A DNA stretch of 63,916 bases, filler included, from Octopus bimaculoides (GCF_001194135.2; 5 parts of 5 records of this genome joined end to end with filler, not necessarily neighbours in it), one strand, 5' to 3'; counted from the first letter of the whole stretch, positions 24,695 to 39,132 are shown. Made by a program: numbers and translations. The notes: a model not told the origin generated them from the letters alone.

Positions 24695-25140
24695 ATAATA
24701 CACACACACACACACACATTCTCTTTATATGCATGTGTGTGTATAATATATATACTGTATGTGCATGTATAGAAATACATACATACATGTGTGTGTATGT
24801 GTGTAAACTGCGGTGACTGATGAGTGATTGACTCTGTGATCCATTAGTCTCCTGGCACAATGGGTCTGAAAACTGGGAAGCCTCGTTTCAGCCTTTATTA
24901 ATTGGCGGGGCAGCAGCGTATACGGGTGTCTGTAGGGACCCACACAGAAGTGACAGTCCCAGCTGCCCCGAACGTACTTGAAGGCACTGTCTGCCTCAAC
25001 TGCTGATTTCTTTGGTTGAGTGCTTTCCTCTTCTTCCGCAGCAAATGTGTGTATGTGTGTGAGTGTGTACATACCGATATGTATAACTATGTCAGTATAT
25101 ATACACATGTATATATATATGTCATGTATATATATTCTTT

Positions 25141-25455
25141 TATTCTTTTACTTGTTTCATCCTTTTGAGTATGGTTGTGCTGGAGAATTGCCTCAAAGGG
25201 ATTTTTTAGTTGAAGAAATTGGCCCCAGGATTTATTCTGTGTAAGCCTAGTACTTGTTCTATCAGTTTCTTTTGCTGAACCACTAAGTTACAAGGATGTA
25301 AACACACCAATACCAGTTGTCAAACGGTGATGGGGGACAAACACAAACACAAGGCTATGGTAGAAGACAATTGCCCAAGGTACCACACAGTGGGACTGAA
25401 CCTGGAACCATGTGGTTGGGAAGCAAGCTTCTTACCACACAACCATGCCTGCACC
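25141..25455 (-). mobile_element. SINE family A, degenerate
   Basis: Tail, body and head remnants. Confidence 0.75.
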
Positions 25456-25499
25456 TACACACACACACACACAAACACACACAAACACACACACTATTC

Positions 25500-25950
25500 C
25501 AAGTTAACATGAGTCAGATGGAGCTTATTGTGGCAAATTTTCTACAGCTGGATGTTCTTCCTGCCACCAACCCTCACTAGTTTCCGAGCAAACAATTATT
25601 TCTCAATGGTTAGACAAGTTTATGCAGAATATTAGAAACACAAGACATTGCTTGTATGACTAGCGAACACATTACAACCATCACTCAATGTTGAGACAAG
25701 GAGACACAAATATCTACATGCACATACAGATAACCCCAAATAGTACAATAAGGCTGCTTGCCCTTGTTGTAGTGAACCCTTTCAACTGCTTCTTGCAGTA
25801 CACAGGGATATTTTGGTGATACACATAAATGATGGCCTTCTTTCTGCACAAATTCCCTTGGTTAATCAATGCTATGGAAGAAGGCATTTACCTTATGGTG
25901 CCACAGTGTGGCATCAACTCCGGAACCTAGTTGCAATACAAAATACATTC
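25500..25950 (-). mobile_element. SINE variant F (head A plus RTE-type tail), degenerate
   Basis: Homology to 50760-51158. Confidence 0.5.
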
Positions 25951-27001
25951 GCTTCTACCTCCATTTCTAACCATCTGGTACTCTCTCCGCACATTCTCAC
26001 CACTGCCTCCCCTACTACCATAACTTTTTCTCAGATATTCTCAACTATTCTTATAAAAATACAGGGGTAGCCATGTAGCTTTGTAACAGGACACCTCTGC
26101 TTGTCCCTGACATGAAGCCACCACATTGTTCCCGCAAATACTCCAACTTCCCTGGTTCTTTCCTGTCTTGCAAGTTTCTTGGAGACCGCACTAGTGCCAG
26201 TGGCTCCAAAATGGAACCCAATACACACTGCAAAGTGGTTGGCATTAAGAAGGGCATATACACAGTGGACTTCTTCCAGTTTCTGTCTATCAAATCCAAT
26301 CACAAGGCTTTGGGTTGGCTCAAAATGATAGAAGACACTTGCCCAAAATACCATGCAATGGGACTGAACCGGGAACCATGTGTTTGAGAAGCAACATAGC
26401 CACACACACACAAGCACGCATCATAATATAGACATGTATGCATACATAATATAGACATAGAGGCACACATCATTAGAGAATGAAAGGGGAGGGGGGCACA
26501 CTTCAGTAATGATGAGCCTGACCAAACAGAGACATCTGGAGGAAAATTAACAGGAAGGACAGGGGAGAGTGGATTGACCAGTAGTGAGTAGGGTCAGTGT
26601 AAGAGCCACAGTAGAAAGTGGCTGAAGGGAAGGGGAGATAAGATGAGTGGTAGTGAGAGTAGTAGTAGATTAAACAATGAAGGAAAAGAGGGTGGGAGAA
26701 GGAATCCCCCTCATCTCTACTGAGAGCTTTTGAGAGGATTTGAGAAAGAGTTGAAATGGAAGAGATAAAGAGAAAACTGGATGGAAAGAAAGGAAGAAAG
26801 AGAGAGAGAGAGAGGGGGGGGGAGATGCAGACAATCCACATGCAGAAGTATATACATAAATAGAGAGAGAGAGAGACACACAGACAGAAAGAAGAAGAGA
26901 GAACATAAGTAAGAAGAGTACTGCTGCTAGGAAATTAGAATGGAGATTGCTAGAGATAGCCAGGAATGTAGAGGTTGTCTGAATCTCTTTCTCTCGTATA
27001 A

Positions 27002-27037
<36 letters not shown>

Positions 27038-27081
27038 GCACACACATACATATATATACACACACACACACATATATATAT

Positions 27082-27131
<50 letters not shown>

Positions 27132-27252
27132 CTAAGTATCCATCAAGCTATCCATCTCAATACATATATATATATATACATATATATATATGTGTGTGTG
27201 TACATATATATGAATATACAATTTCTATATATTTACACACACACACACGAAC

Positions 27253-27299
<47 letters not shown>

Positions 27300-27792
27300 T
27301 ATACACACACGCACCTAAGTATCCATCTGGCTATCCGTCTCAATACATATATATATATATATGTGTGTGTGTGTGTAAACATATATATGAATATACAATT
27401 TCTATATATTTACACACACACACACACATATATATATGTATATACACACACACATATACACAGACATTTATGCACACACGCATATATATAGATAACATTT
27501 TTTTTGTTTTCTGAATCAGCTTTGCTTTGAGTACTTTAATTTGACTGTAGCCTGTTTAGTTCATATGTACTAACATTCATAACTACTACTTGTATATCAT
27601 CATCAGCATCATTGCCTTAACGTCCAAATTTGCGTGTGTGTGTGTGTGTGTGGAGATAGGTATATATATATGTGTGTGTGTGTATAGCATGCATGTGTAT
27701 GTACATACAAATATACACACACTACCTTCACCATGTCTGAAATACTAACAAAATCACCACAATATGTGTGTGTGTGTGTGTGTGTAGATAGG

Positions 27793-27827
<35 letters not shown>

Positions 27828-28239
27828 ATGCACATACTCCCACACATACATTGTATGTGTTTTTATATCACACACACACACACACACAATGCAGACACAA
27901 TAATATAATATATACTAGACGGCACAATTTAGCTTCTAGTTAATTAAGTTACTATTTACGTATATACACACACTCGTCAGTAGTACTCTAGTATACCCAT
28001 GTGTGTAAGTGCCTGTTATATATATTTTTAGTTTATACTAGTTAACGCCTGCCTAACTAACCAAACAACATTTCGGTTAGTTAGGGACATAATTTTCAAT
28101 ACGAGATTAGAACATGTTACTATGGCGTACCAGAGAAACATCAAGCTATAGCAGACATCATAGTAATATAAGAGACTGATTAATTAATTTTGCAGTCGTT
28201 GTTCGTTAGCTACAAGTCAGCTCTCAATGGAGCAAACCT

Positions 28240-28575
28240 ATCACCATCATCATCGTTTTAACAGACATTTTTTCCCTGTTCGCATGGGTCAGACAGAATT
28301 TGAGACGAGGTGGAAATTTTCTATGGCCTGATGGCCATCCTGCCGCCCAAACCTCACCCATTTTCAAAGTAAGGTAATGTTTCCCTGTTAGCGAGACATG
28401 TTTTCGTGGAAGATTGGAAACAAAGGACTCCGCTTGTATGAGTGACACTTGTTTACGAAAAATCATGCAATGTCGAGGCAAGGAGACAGTAATACACCCA
28501 CCCACCGGGCCTACGCTGGGTTTCTTTCAGTCTTTGCCTACCAAATTTATTGACAAGGTTTTGGCCAGTCAAGGG
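28240..28575 (-). mobile_element. SINE variant F
   Basis: (CAT)n tail at about 28243, with a body matching 50900-51155. Confidence 0.75.
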
Positions 28576-28585
28576 AAAATGAAGA

Positions 28586-28984
28586 TAGGTGCGGGCGTGG
28601 TTCTGTGGTAAAAAGCTTGCTTCCCAATCACATGGTCCCAGGTTCAATCCCACTGCATGACACCTTGGGCAAGTGTCTTCTATTATAGCCCTGAGCAGAC
28701 CAAAGCCTTGCGAGTAGATTTGGTAGATGGAAACTAAAAGAAGCCCATTGTATATATATATATATATATATATAATGTATGTATGTACTTGTGTCTGTGT
28801 TTGTCCCCCTGTGTTGGGGGTGTTTATGTTCCTGTAATATAGTGGTTCAGCAAAAGAGACTGATAAAATAAGTACTAGGCTTTAAAAAAGTCTTGTGGTC
28901 AATTTGTTTGACTAAAATCCTTCAACACAGTGCTCCAGCATGGCCACAGTCGAATGACCGAAACAAATAAAAGAATAAAAGAAT
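28586..28984 (+). mobile_element. SINE family A, full length, divergent from the adjacent F copy
   Basis: Head, TA tract, body and tail are present. Confidence 0.85.
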
Positions 28985-29214
28985 ACTAGACCAAAGTGCC
29001 ACACAATGGAACTGAATCAGAAACCATGAAATCAAGAGGGAAACGTCTTATCACACAGTCATACCAGCACCAATGGTTATTGAGATTCCAGTCGTGATCA
29101 TCCCATGTTACTTTTTTTGTTTTGCAGGACTGTACTATCTCTTTATTAATATGGTAGTAGGTGTGTAATTTTGAAGATCTGTCTGCTATTTCTAGCAAGA
29201 TCTCCGTCCACATT

Positions 29215-29522
29215 TCATGTTAATTTATGATCCAAACATTCAACTTAATAATGACAAAGTTATTTTAATAAATTCTTTGTTATTTCTAAAATTAAATAAA
29301 AGACAGTGGAATTCAATAGAAATATGTTAACGAAAGGGTTAAACTTGGAGTATGGAGCCCAAGTATTCTACCTGTTTTATGTTAAAACTGGTCAGATCCA
29401 GCCTTTCACACCTAACCTACAATGTCATTCTAAAAATAAACAATCATATCGCAGAAACCATGAAATAACGAGAATAAATAAGCATTACATTTGAGAGAGT
29501 AATCGGAATGCGAAAGGGTTAA
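29215..29522. mobile_element. Two piggyBac-like MITE ends
   Basis: GAAAGGG|TTAA at 29333-29342 and 29513-29522. Segment 29368-29522 is homologous to 43786-44006. Confidence 0.5.
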
Positions 29523-29559
29523 AGAACTACCAACAACTAAATTTGTCTGTTGCTTCACA

Positions 29560-29830
29560 GATTTATTCGTCCATTCAGTTAATGTCCACTTTTATATGCT
29601 CACATGGATCGGATGAAATTTGTTGAGACAGATTTCCTATGGTCAAATTGCCTTGCTAACCCTCACTTGTTTCTAAGCAAGGTAAATATTTCCGCAAAGT
29701 GAGGCATGTTTTTCATAGAAGACTGAAAACAAATGATCTTGTTTGTATGAAATAAACCTGATTTGTTGGCCTGTTTACTTTGATCAGGTGATGTCGAGAC
29801 AAAGGTACACACAAACATACTCACCCATAC
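29560..29830 (-). mobile_element. SINE variant F, degenerate
   Basis: Homology to the F body. Confidence 0.55.
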
Positions 29831-30097
29831 ACACACACACGTATATATAAATATATATATATATATATAGCAATAAGAAAATGGAGGGGAATATGTGGTA
29901 CTCATCAACTTGCAGACATTGTACTATGTTAATTAACCTGTTTATTTTCCAACCAAAAGGACAATAAAGACAGAATTTTTAAAATTTTAATTGTTGATAT
30001 GACTTGGTGTGTCATATGTGTTTGTATATTGTCTTTATTGTCTGCTAAATCCAAAAGTCTTTTTATTCTCTCTCTGTGTATTTCCTCATGTTCCATT

Positions 30098-30125
30098 CTG
30101 TTGAAGAGCATAGGCTCGAAACATA
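30098..30125 (+). ncRNA. Decayed minimal hammerhead-like core
   Basis: CTGTTGA-A-GAGC-ATAG-GCTC-GAAAC-ATA, two substitutions from CTGATGA...GAAACGTA. Confidence 0.35.
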
Positions 30126-30224
30126 AAAGACTTTCTCACCATCCTGAGCATCAAACTAATACATCTGTTTGTTGTTTATATACCAGCCTTCGTCTTTTGT
30201 TTTCCTGTAAATTTCAACTATACA

Positions 30225-30395
30225 CACATGATGGGCTTCTTTCAGTTTCTGTCTACTAAATCCACTTAAAAGGTTTTGGATGGCCTAGAGAATTATAGAT
30301 GGCACCTATCAAAGGTGACGCACAGCGGAAGCGAACCTACGAGTACATGGATGGGAAGCAAGCTTCTTAACTACACAACGATGCCTGGACCTTGT
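30225..30395 (-). mobile_element. SINE family A head, degenerate
   Basis: gatgggcttctttcagtttctgtctactaaatccac. Confidence 0.7.
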
Positions 30396-30635
30396 TAAAA
30401 ATCATTAAAATGATTAAATACCAGTCACATACTGGGGACAGGTGGAGGTGGTTGTTTCAATCAATCGCCGCCCACCCACCTACCCATTTCCCTATCCAAA
30501 CGTGTGACCTGACCTTGTGACGCAGTCTGAAATCAATATACCAGCATCGGCTGATATTTAATTAAGTAATTTCTATAATTTGCATTTGAAATATTTTTAG
30601 TTCACAGACACGCAGAGACAAACACAGACGAATGC

Positions 30636-30688
<53 letters not shown>

Positions 30689-30804
30689 CATACTGAGCAT
30701 GAAAACAATACACTAATGCTTCTCATGTACAAATATATATACATACAAACACATGTATGTCTATATGATTTTATATGTGTTAGTTATAAATGTATCATTG
30801 TTTT

Positions 30805-30837
<33 letters not shown>

Positions 30838-31052
30838 AATAACAAAAACATGGTGTTGAAGAAATATAAATGTGAAACAGTAAGACAATATCAAATAGAA
30901 TGGAAAATATAAACAGTGGAAGAAAAGTGTTTATATACACACATATCACATTAAATATATATATATATACACACACACACATCACATATATACATACATA
31001 TATACACACATTTTCATACATACATACACAACACATATAGATACATACATGT

Positions 31053-31089
<37 letters not shown>

Positions 31090-31479
31090 CACATACATAC
31101 ATACATACATACATACACAACTATATTATTTATAAAAGAATTAGTATATGAATATCATAAATTAAGTGTTTATACAAATACACCCACATACACATACATA
31201 TGTATGTACACCCACATACATCTATATTATTCACGAAACAACTGGTAAATAAATATTTAAAATTGTTTTCACATATATTGAGAAATCTCTTTTAGAATCG
31301 AAAGCTCACAGAGCCAGCTACTATGCATTATTCATTGGGATTGTGGGCCCAAGCAGGGCCATATGCACTTTTCCCTGATATGAAAACAAGGATGGAATAC
31401 AGGATATCATAATTTGGCCATACTGTAGCAGAATGATATAATGTATGCAATTTTGTTTCATAGTTATCTTCTAAAACTG

Positions 31480-31802
31480 CGCTGAACTTTGGCCATGCTA
31501 GGGCAGCATTTAAAAGGGTTTAGTCAAGCAAATCAACTCCAACACTTATTTTTTTTTTTTTTAATTCTGGTACTTATTTTATCAGACTCCTTTGCTGAAC
31601 TGCTACATTAGAGGGATGTAAACGAACACCAATTATCAAATGGTGAAGGGAACACATAACAGAAACCTACAAGGCGGCGAGCTGGCAGAAACGTTAGCAT
31701 GCCGGGTGAAATGCTTGTCGGTATTTTGTCTGAGTTCAAATTCTACCAAGGTCGACTTTGCCTTTCATCCTTTCGGGGTTGATAAATTAAGTACCAGTGG
31801 GG
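31480..31802. mobile_element. SINE A 3' half (-) abutting SINE B (+, 31670-31802)
   Basis: Homology to both families. Confidence 0.7.
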
Positions 31803-31889
31803 TCATTATTATTATAGATGGTCCTTTCCTCAATGGTAATAGAGTCCTGTCATCTTAGTGGCTAACTAAAACTTTTGTCCTTACAACAA

Positions 31890-32256
31890 TTCTAGAAAAA
31901 CTTGCTTCCAAACAACATGGCTTTGGTTTCAGTCCCCACTGCAAGGAAACTTAGACGTGTGTCTTCTACAAAATCCCCTGAACGAACAAAGTCTTGTGAG
32001 TAGATTTGGTACTGAGAAACTGAAAGAAATACATCACGCATGAGTGCATGTGTGTGTGAGTTGTAAATGAGTGCCACAGTCATGTAAGCCGCCTTTCATT
32101 TCCAATCTTCTGCAAAAATATGTCTGGCCATGGGGAAATATTACCTTGCTTGGGTAGTGACACGAAGGATATCCAAGTATAGAAAATCTGTCTCAATAAA
32201 ATCCATCTGACCCATGCAAGCATGAAGAAATCAATTTTGAAATTGATGATGATGAT
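31890..32256 (+). mobile_element. SINE variant F
   Basis: Head A remnant, F body and (GAT)n tail. Confidence 0.7.
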
Positions 32257-32269
32257 TCAAGGCTTTGCT

Positions 32270-32560
32270 TCCAAATTTGGAAGTGCTTTGCTAATTCTAC
32301 AACAGATTCATCCATAAGAACAAGGTCATTGGCAAACAGAAGTTTCTATAGACATCCAGTCTCTAATTCCTTTGTAATCACTTGAGGAACGGTAAATAAA
32401 GGGGGAATAAACACCAAGGTCTAATGGCCATCTACTTGAGTGTTAAATTTCTTGCAGAATTTGTAAACAGTACAGCCACAACTAATTTACAAAGTGACCA
32501 CAATATTACAGAGCGTGTTATCCAAAGACCTCAACAGGGCAAATAATGTTAGGTATAATA
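32270..32560 (-). mobile_element. RTE-type RT fragment
   Basis: VITKELETGCL*KLLFANDLVLM is homologous to ITEEFKTGCPLELLYADNL at 47.6 kb. Confidence 0.6.
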
Positions 32561-32582
32561 TAAAGATATAATATAGGGATGT

Positions 32583-32893
32583 GGAGGCGCAATGGCCCAG
32601 TGGTTAGGGCAGCTGACTCGCGGTCGGAGGATCGCAGTTTCGATTCCCAGATCGGGCGTTGTGTGTGTTTATTGAGCGAAAACACCTAAAGCTCCACGAG
32701 GATCCGGCAGGGGGTGGTGGCGAACCCCTGTTGTACTCTTCCACCCCAACTTTCTCTCACTCTTTCTTCCTGCTTCTTGGCTAACACTGCGATGGACTGG
32801 CATCTCGTCCAGCTGGGGGGAACACATACGCCATAGACACCGGGAAACCGGGCCCATGAGCCTGGCTAGGGCGCATAAATAAATAATAATAAT
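32583..32893 (+). mobile_element. SINE with head C and tail Y
   Basis: Head C runs to about 32781, then taacactgcgatggactggcatctcgtccagc and an (AAT)n end. Confidence 0.85.
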
Positions 32894-33296
32894 ATAGAGA
32901 TATTTTCTATGAACTCTTTTTACGAGGAAGGGGGAATCAAGTGTACCTTATCCAAGCAGAAACCCATGCTGCATCTCATCTCAGTTGGCATCAGGAAAAA
33001 CATCCAGTACAAAAAATACTGTCCCAAGATTTCTTGAACAACCAATGCCAGCATGCAAAAACTGAAATATCAAAAATCAATAATTGCAATGAAACACATA
33101 CGTGTGTGTGATGCCAATGAAATATATATATATATACACACACACATACATATGTATATATCTTGGACTTAATGTATCTCTCCATTTGATAATCTGAAGC
33201 CTGAAAGAGATGGGCTTCTGTTAGAGGCTTGCAAAACTTTAATTTAGGAGCCAAACCAAACTCTTTTAAATAACATACATACATACATACATATAT

Positions 33297-33765
33297 ACTC
33301 TTTTACTCTTTTACTTGTTTCAGTCATTTGACTGTGGCCATGCCGGAGCACCGCCTTTAGTCGAGCAAATCGACCCCAGGACTTATTCTTTGGAAGCCTG
33401 GTACTTATTCTATTGGTCTCTTTTGCCAAATCGCTAAGTTACGGGGACGTAAATACACCAGCATCGGTTGTCAAGCAATGTTGGGGAGACAAACACAGAC
33501 ACACAAACACACACACACACATGTATATATGTATATATATANNNNNNNNNNNNNNNNNNNNNNNNNNNNNNNNNNNATATATATATATATATAGATATAT
33601 ATATACGACGGGCTTCTTTCACTTTCTGTCTACTAAATCCACTCACAAGGCTTTGGTCGGCCCGAGGCTATAGTAGAAGACGCTTGCCCATGGTGCCACG
33701 CAGTGGGACTGAACCCGGAACCATGTGGCTGGTAAGCAAGCTACTTACCACACAGCGACTCCTAT
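33297..33765 (-). mobile_element. SINE family A, full length (small gap in the microsatellite)
   Basis: Tail, body and head are all present. Confidence 0.9.
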
Positions 33766-35658
33766 GTATATAAATATATAACTATCAACATCATTCAATG
33801 TCTGCATTTTATGCTGTTGTGGGTTAAACAGTTTAACAGGTTCTGATGGGTCCAAGGAAGGCATTGTGCTCCATCGTCTACAATGAACATAGTTTCTTTA
33901 AAATGGACGCCCTTCCCAACAACAAACACACTACAAAGTGTATTGAGTGCTTTTGCATGGTACCAGCGCTAGTGAGGTCACCTTGCAACTTGCAGATAAG
34001 AATATATTATTATCATTATCATCATCGTCATCGTCTTCACACCTGCTTTTTTTTTCAGGTAATTCTTATATAAGCAGCTGTGTTTCCTCTGGTTGGTTCT
34101 CATACGTTTCCAAGTGAAGGGGTAACTCTTCAGCGCCGTTGTTAACTCACGACAGATATAAACAATGGCAATCACACACAGAGTATATTTTGGGCACTGG
34201 ACAAGCAATGTCATGCCACTGGACCACACAAACACACAAACGCACACTCACACACATGGTAGGCTTTCATACAGTTTCCACCCACAGCTGCAAGCAATTT
34301 AAGACCTCTACACCTCATGATGCCCCATGGCAAGGACCCTATACCACATGGTTGTAACAAGAACTCCTTAATGACAGAGTATACCTGCATATATACAAAC
34401 ATACACATCCATACACACATAAACATATATATACGCACACATATATACATATATACACATATATATATACACATACATACATACACATATACATACATAC
34501 ATATATGTATATATGTGTGTGTGTCTATGTATGTGTATATATATATATATATATATATACATACACATACATACATACACACATATACATATATATACAT
34601 ACAAACATACATATACATACACATATACATATATATATATACACACATACATATACATATATATATACACACACACACATATACACATATACATATATAC
34701 ACACACACACACACANNNNNNNNNNNNNNNNNNNNNNNNNNNNNNNNNNNNNNNNNNNNNNNNNNNNNNNNNNNNNNNNNNNNNNNNNNNNNNNNNNNNN
34801 NNNNNNNNNNNNNNNNNNNNNNNNNNNNNNNNNNNNNNNNNNNNNNNNNNNNNNNNNNNNNNNNNNNNNNNNNNNNNNNNNNNNNNNNNNNNNNNNNNNN
34901 NNNNNNNNNNNNNNNNNNNNNNNNNNNNNNNNNNNNNNNNNNNNNNNNNNNNNNNNNNNNNNNNNNNNNNNNNNNNNNNNNNNNNNNNNNNNNNNNNNNN
35001 NNNNNNNNNNNNNNNNNNNNNNNNNNNNNNTATAAATTATTAGCCGACAATGGAATATACTTCTTCTCCATCTTGAATCAGTGAATATCCAACAACTGAG
35101 CTCAGAACAAAGCCAGCCACCAGATCGATATTGTCCTACCCACCACCACCACCACCCCACACCAATCCCATCGCCACACTCCCACCTCACGCATTATTCA
35201 ATATCTCCAATTTTTGTTTCAACTCTTCATACCAATGCTTCCACCACACAAACACAAAGTCTGTCTGCCTCTCCCTATCTGTCTGTCTTTCTGCTCCCCC
35301 CTCTCTCTCTCTTTCACGTTGTCTCTTTAACAACAACAACTACACACATTTGCTCTTCATCAAATTCTTGCTCTACAGACCACCTTTGAGTCGAACTCAC
35401 CTTTTGTTTTACCAATTTTATACAATTTCCCATTCTTTTCATATGCAAGCACTATAATATATATATACATGCGTGTGTGTGTGTGTACATACATTTATAT
35501 TTATATGTATATATTCTTTTACTGGTTTCAGTCATTTGACTGCAGCCAAAATATTCATATACACACATATATATGATATATATATATATGGTGTATATAT
35601 ATATATATGATATATATGGTATATATAATCATATATTATATATATGGTATATATAATC

Positions 35659-35700
<42 letters not shown>

Positions 35701-35832
35701 ATATGATATATATGGTATATATAATCATATATNNNNNNNNNNNNNNNNNNNNNNNNNNNNNNNNNNNNNNNNNNNNTTAATTAATTAANNNNNNNNNNNN
35801 NNNNNNNNNNNNNNNNNNNNNNNNNNNNNNNN

Positions 35833-36066
35833 TTTCACCACAACTTTCTTTCACTCTTTCTTCTTGTTTCTGTTGTACCTGTATTTCAAAGGGTCAGCCT
35901 TGTCACACTGTGTCACGCTGAATCTCCCCGAGAACTACGTTAAGGGTACACGTGTCTGTGGAGTGCTCAGCCACTTACATGTTAATTTCACGAGCAGGCT
36001 GTTCCGTTGATCGGATCAACTGGAACCCTCGTCGTCGTAACCGACGGAGTGCCAACGACAACAACA
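35833..36066 (+). mobile_element. SINE head C end plus tail X, 89 bp upstream of an MMUT exon
   Basis: Matches 11860-12075. Confidence 0.85.
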
Positions 36067-36154
36067 GATAAAAGTTATAGAATAAATTGTGGTCCATTCT
36101 TTGATATGTTTTTGACTTTTGAGTTTTTTAAATTCCATTTCCTATGTTTCATAG

Positions 36155-36238
36155 GTTGCTGACCCCTGGGGTGGCTCTTACCTGATGGAATCGCTGACCA
36201 ATGAGATCTATGAGTCTGCACTTAAATTGATCAACGAG
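36155..36238 (+). CDS. MMUT: MMUT exon: [28 protein letters not shown]
   Basis: ttcatag acceptor, gtaatg donor, 84 nt, phase 0/0. Matches the conserved VADPWGGSY motif. Confidence 0.95.
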
Positions 36239-36429
36239 GTAATGTATAATTATTGTTGTAATTATTATGTAAGATATTTGAATTCTCTTGTTTTTGTAAG
36301 TTTTACTAATGAATAATGGTAATTTTATTTGATATGCTACAAGTTTACATCACTGTCATCATCTTCATTGTAATCATTACCAACTTTGATAACAATAACT
36401 AAGCAATCAGTATCTTTTTATATTTTCAG

Positions 36430-36535
36430 ATAGAAGATCTTGGTGGAATGGCTAAAGCTGTTGCTTCTGGCATGCCAAAACTAAAGATAGAAGAATGTGC
36501 TGCAAGAAGGCAGGCGAGAATAGATGGTGGAAATG
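36430..36535 (+). CDS. MMUT: MMUT exon: [35 protein letters not shown]
   Basis: ttttcag acceptor, gtaagt donor, 106 nt, phase 0/1. Confidence 0.95.
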
Positions 36536-37884
36536 GTAAGTGTATGGTTGCTTTGGTATGTTGACAAGAAAGAATATACTTTCCAAATACTGACCTCATT
36601 ACTGATTAGGTTTCTTAGGTAATGATACCATCAACTATTTCAATTGAGTCAGCTATGTGTTTGAAAGAATTCATTTCACGAGTGGTGTTTGTATTCCTAT
36701 CTACTTTACATCTGCTACATATGAAGTCTTCCTTCTCTGTCAGTCTGCTTGTAATTCCACTACATCTTTTGTGCACCCATTATTAACATAGGCTATGCAA
36801 TATTGAATTCCTACCTACACCTTTACATATTGAGCATGGTAACTTCCAAGGTGGTAGTAAACTTTAGTATTCTTTCTTGTTGCTAAGACTTTTGTCTTTG
36901 AAATGTTTACTTTTAGACTTGTTAGTTCAAGGATCGATGATGATGGGAACTTTACCACTAACTCTTTGAATGATTCAATTCAGAGAACTAGGTTGTCAAC
37001 ATACAGGTATTCCAAAAGGCAGCCAATTTCAAACTTCTTTTATAGCCTGTGGAATTATAATTAACTCTTGGTGTGGTTGACATTAGGAAGGGCATCCAGC
37101 CATAGAAACCAAGCCAAATCAGAGTGGAAACTGTTTTAGTCAAACCATCTAACCCATGCCAACATGGAAAGTGGATGTTAAATGATGATGATGATGATGG
37201 GAAAGGGGTTACTTTTCATCTTTGTGTACTACTAATCAACATCTCTCCCACCTGACCTTCCTCCCTGATCCAAGTATATTACTGATCACCCCTCCACCAT
37301 TCACTACTTTCAATCTTATACTCTTCCCAATCTCTAGTCATCATTTGCTCTCCTTTACTTTTCTTCCAGCTGCTATTTATCATTCGATCTTTCTTTCAAC
37401 TCTTGTTCTTCATTCAGTATATTCACAATCCTATCTCATTTATAATCATCCCTCACTCTCTACATACACTTTTGCAACCTCTATTTAGCCACCCTTCATC
37501 ATTCTTCTGACCCCAGGGTCCACTCTGACACCTCATCACCACCATCCTCATTTCTCTTTCCAGCTCTACAATGATCACTTCAACTAGTCTTGTATAATGT
37601 GATCAACCATGTATCTCTTCTACAGCAAGAAAATTGTTTTGGCCCTTTCTTTGATACTTTAACCTTTCATCACCTAATATAAAGCTGCACCCTTTCTCTA
37701 CTGTAGTCCCACTCTGTACAGAGGGATCTTAGTCATGTGAATCTCATGGCAATCTCACTAATGCTGATGCCAAAAAAAAAAAAGCATTCACTGAAATGAT
37801 TGGTATTAAGAAAGGCATCCAGCTATAGATATCGTATCAAAGCAGACATTGGAGAATGGCAAAGTCCTCCAACTTGTTGGATCC

Positions 37885-39098
37885 TATCACTGAACCTTGC
37901 ACAAGTGTCTTCTACTCTAGCCCTGGGCCAACCAAATACTTGTGAGTGAATTTAGTAGAGAGAAACTGAAGGAAGGTTGTCATAAACGAGGGGGTACCCA
38001 AATGAAACCAGAGTTTTGCAATATTATTGTATTCACTTAGTCTACACATTTATCACATTTCAAAGTATTCTCCAGTTGAAGCAATGCATTGGTCCTGGCA
38101 CATTTTCCACTATTCAAAGAAGTGCTGGAACTCTTGTGAAATGATACCTTTTAACTCCTCCGACGTATTTTTCTTCACCTCTTCACATCTGCAAATTCTG
38201 TAGTGTAAACTTTCATCATCATTGACGACCTTTAAAAAAAGGTCTGGGTCAACTTCCAAAAGTTCTTTCAGTTCATGAAACACATTTACTCATGACTGTT
38301 TTTGATCTTCCTTGAGCAAGTGAGGCACAGATTTTACTGCAACTCTTTTCATTCACAATTCTTTGCTTAAAATTCGTTGGCAGAAGTTCCAGGACACACC
38401 AGTCATATCAACAAGTTCATCAATTGTTCTGTGACAGTCTTCCAAGATCAGTTCAGGAATTTTCACTTGTTTGCATGGTCAGCGGTTGTCCTGAATGATA
38501 TTGGTCTTCAAGTGACATGTGAGCATTCCTAAAGTGTGGAAACCACTTGTAAACTTGTGTTTTGCTCATGACAGCATCCTTGTTAGCTGTTTGCAGTATG
38601 ACAGCAGTTTCAGTTGCCATTTTCCCCACAGAAAACAGAATTTCATGGAAGCACACTGTTCCTTGGTCAGCAGTTCCAAAAATCAATGAACAAGGGAGAA
38701 ATACTGCAAAAGAATGATGCACCACATGGCAGTATGACCCCACTGAACGCTGCCAGTCGGTAGACTGGTGCCTGAGGGTTGCATCAAATGGCCTCTAGTG
38801 GCAGAAGCTTGAACTACAACAAGTTTGTTCCACAGAGAGCATTTCTGGTTACTTTTGGGTACCCCCTCGTATATATAGCCAAACTGAAAAAAAGCTGTTG
38901 TGGAGAGATAAGTGGGATCCAACAAGAATGACAATAAAATTATAAAAAGAATTGTAAAATACTAAAATTATAAACAAGATTAAAAATTTATATGCTTTAA
39001 ACATTAAATATGATAAATGTAAATAAAAGTGAGTTTTTAAAAACAATTGTGCAATTTCACTGAAATAGATAGTTAATTCTGAGACACCATGTATATAC

Positions 39099-39132
<34 letters not shown>

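Noticed and set aside
24817-24840. CTGATGAGT...AC as a hammerhead
   Set aside because: No GAAA core strand follows.
24925-24970. RanBP2-type zinc finger (GSWDCHFC)
   Set aside because: No second CxxC or conserved Asn at the required spacing in that frame.
31295-31420. AGPYALFPD peptide as the MCM RGPY motif
   Set aside because: The surrounding residues do not match, and there is no donor in frame.
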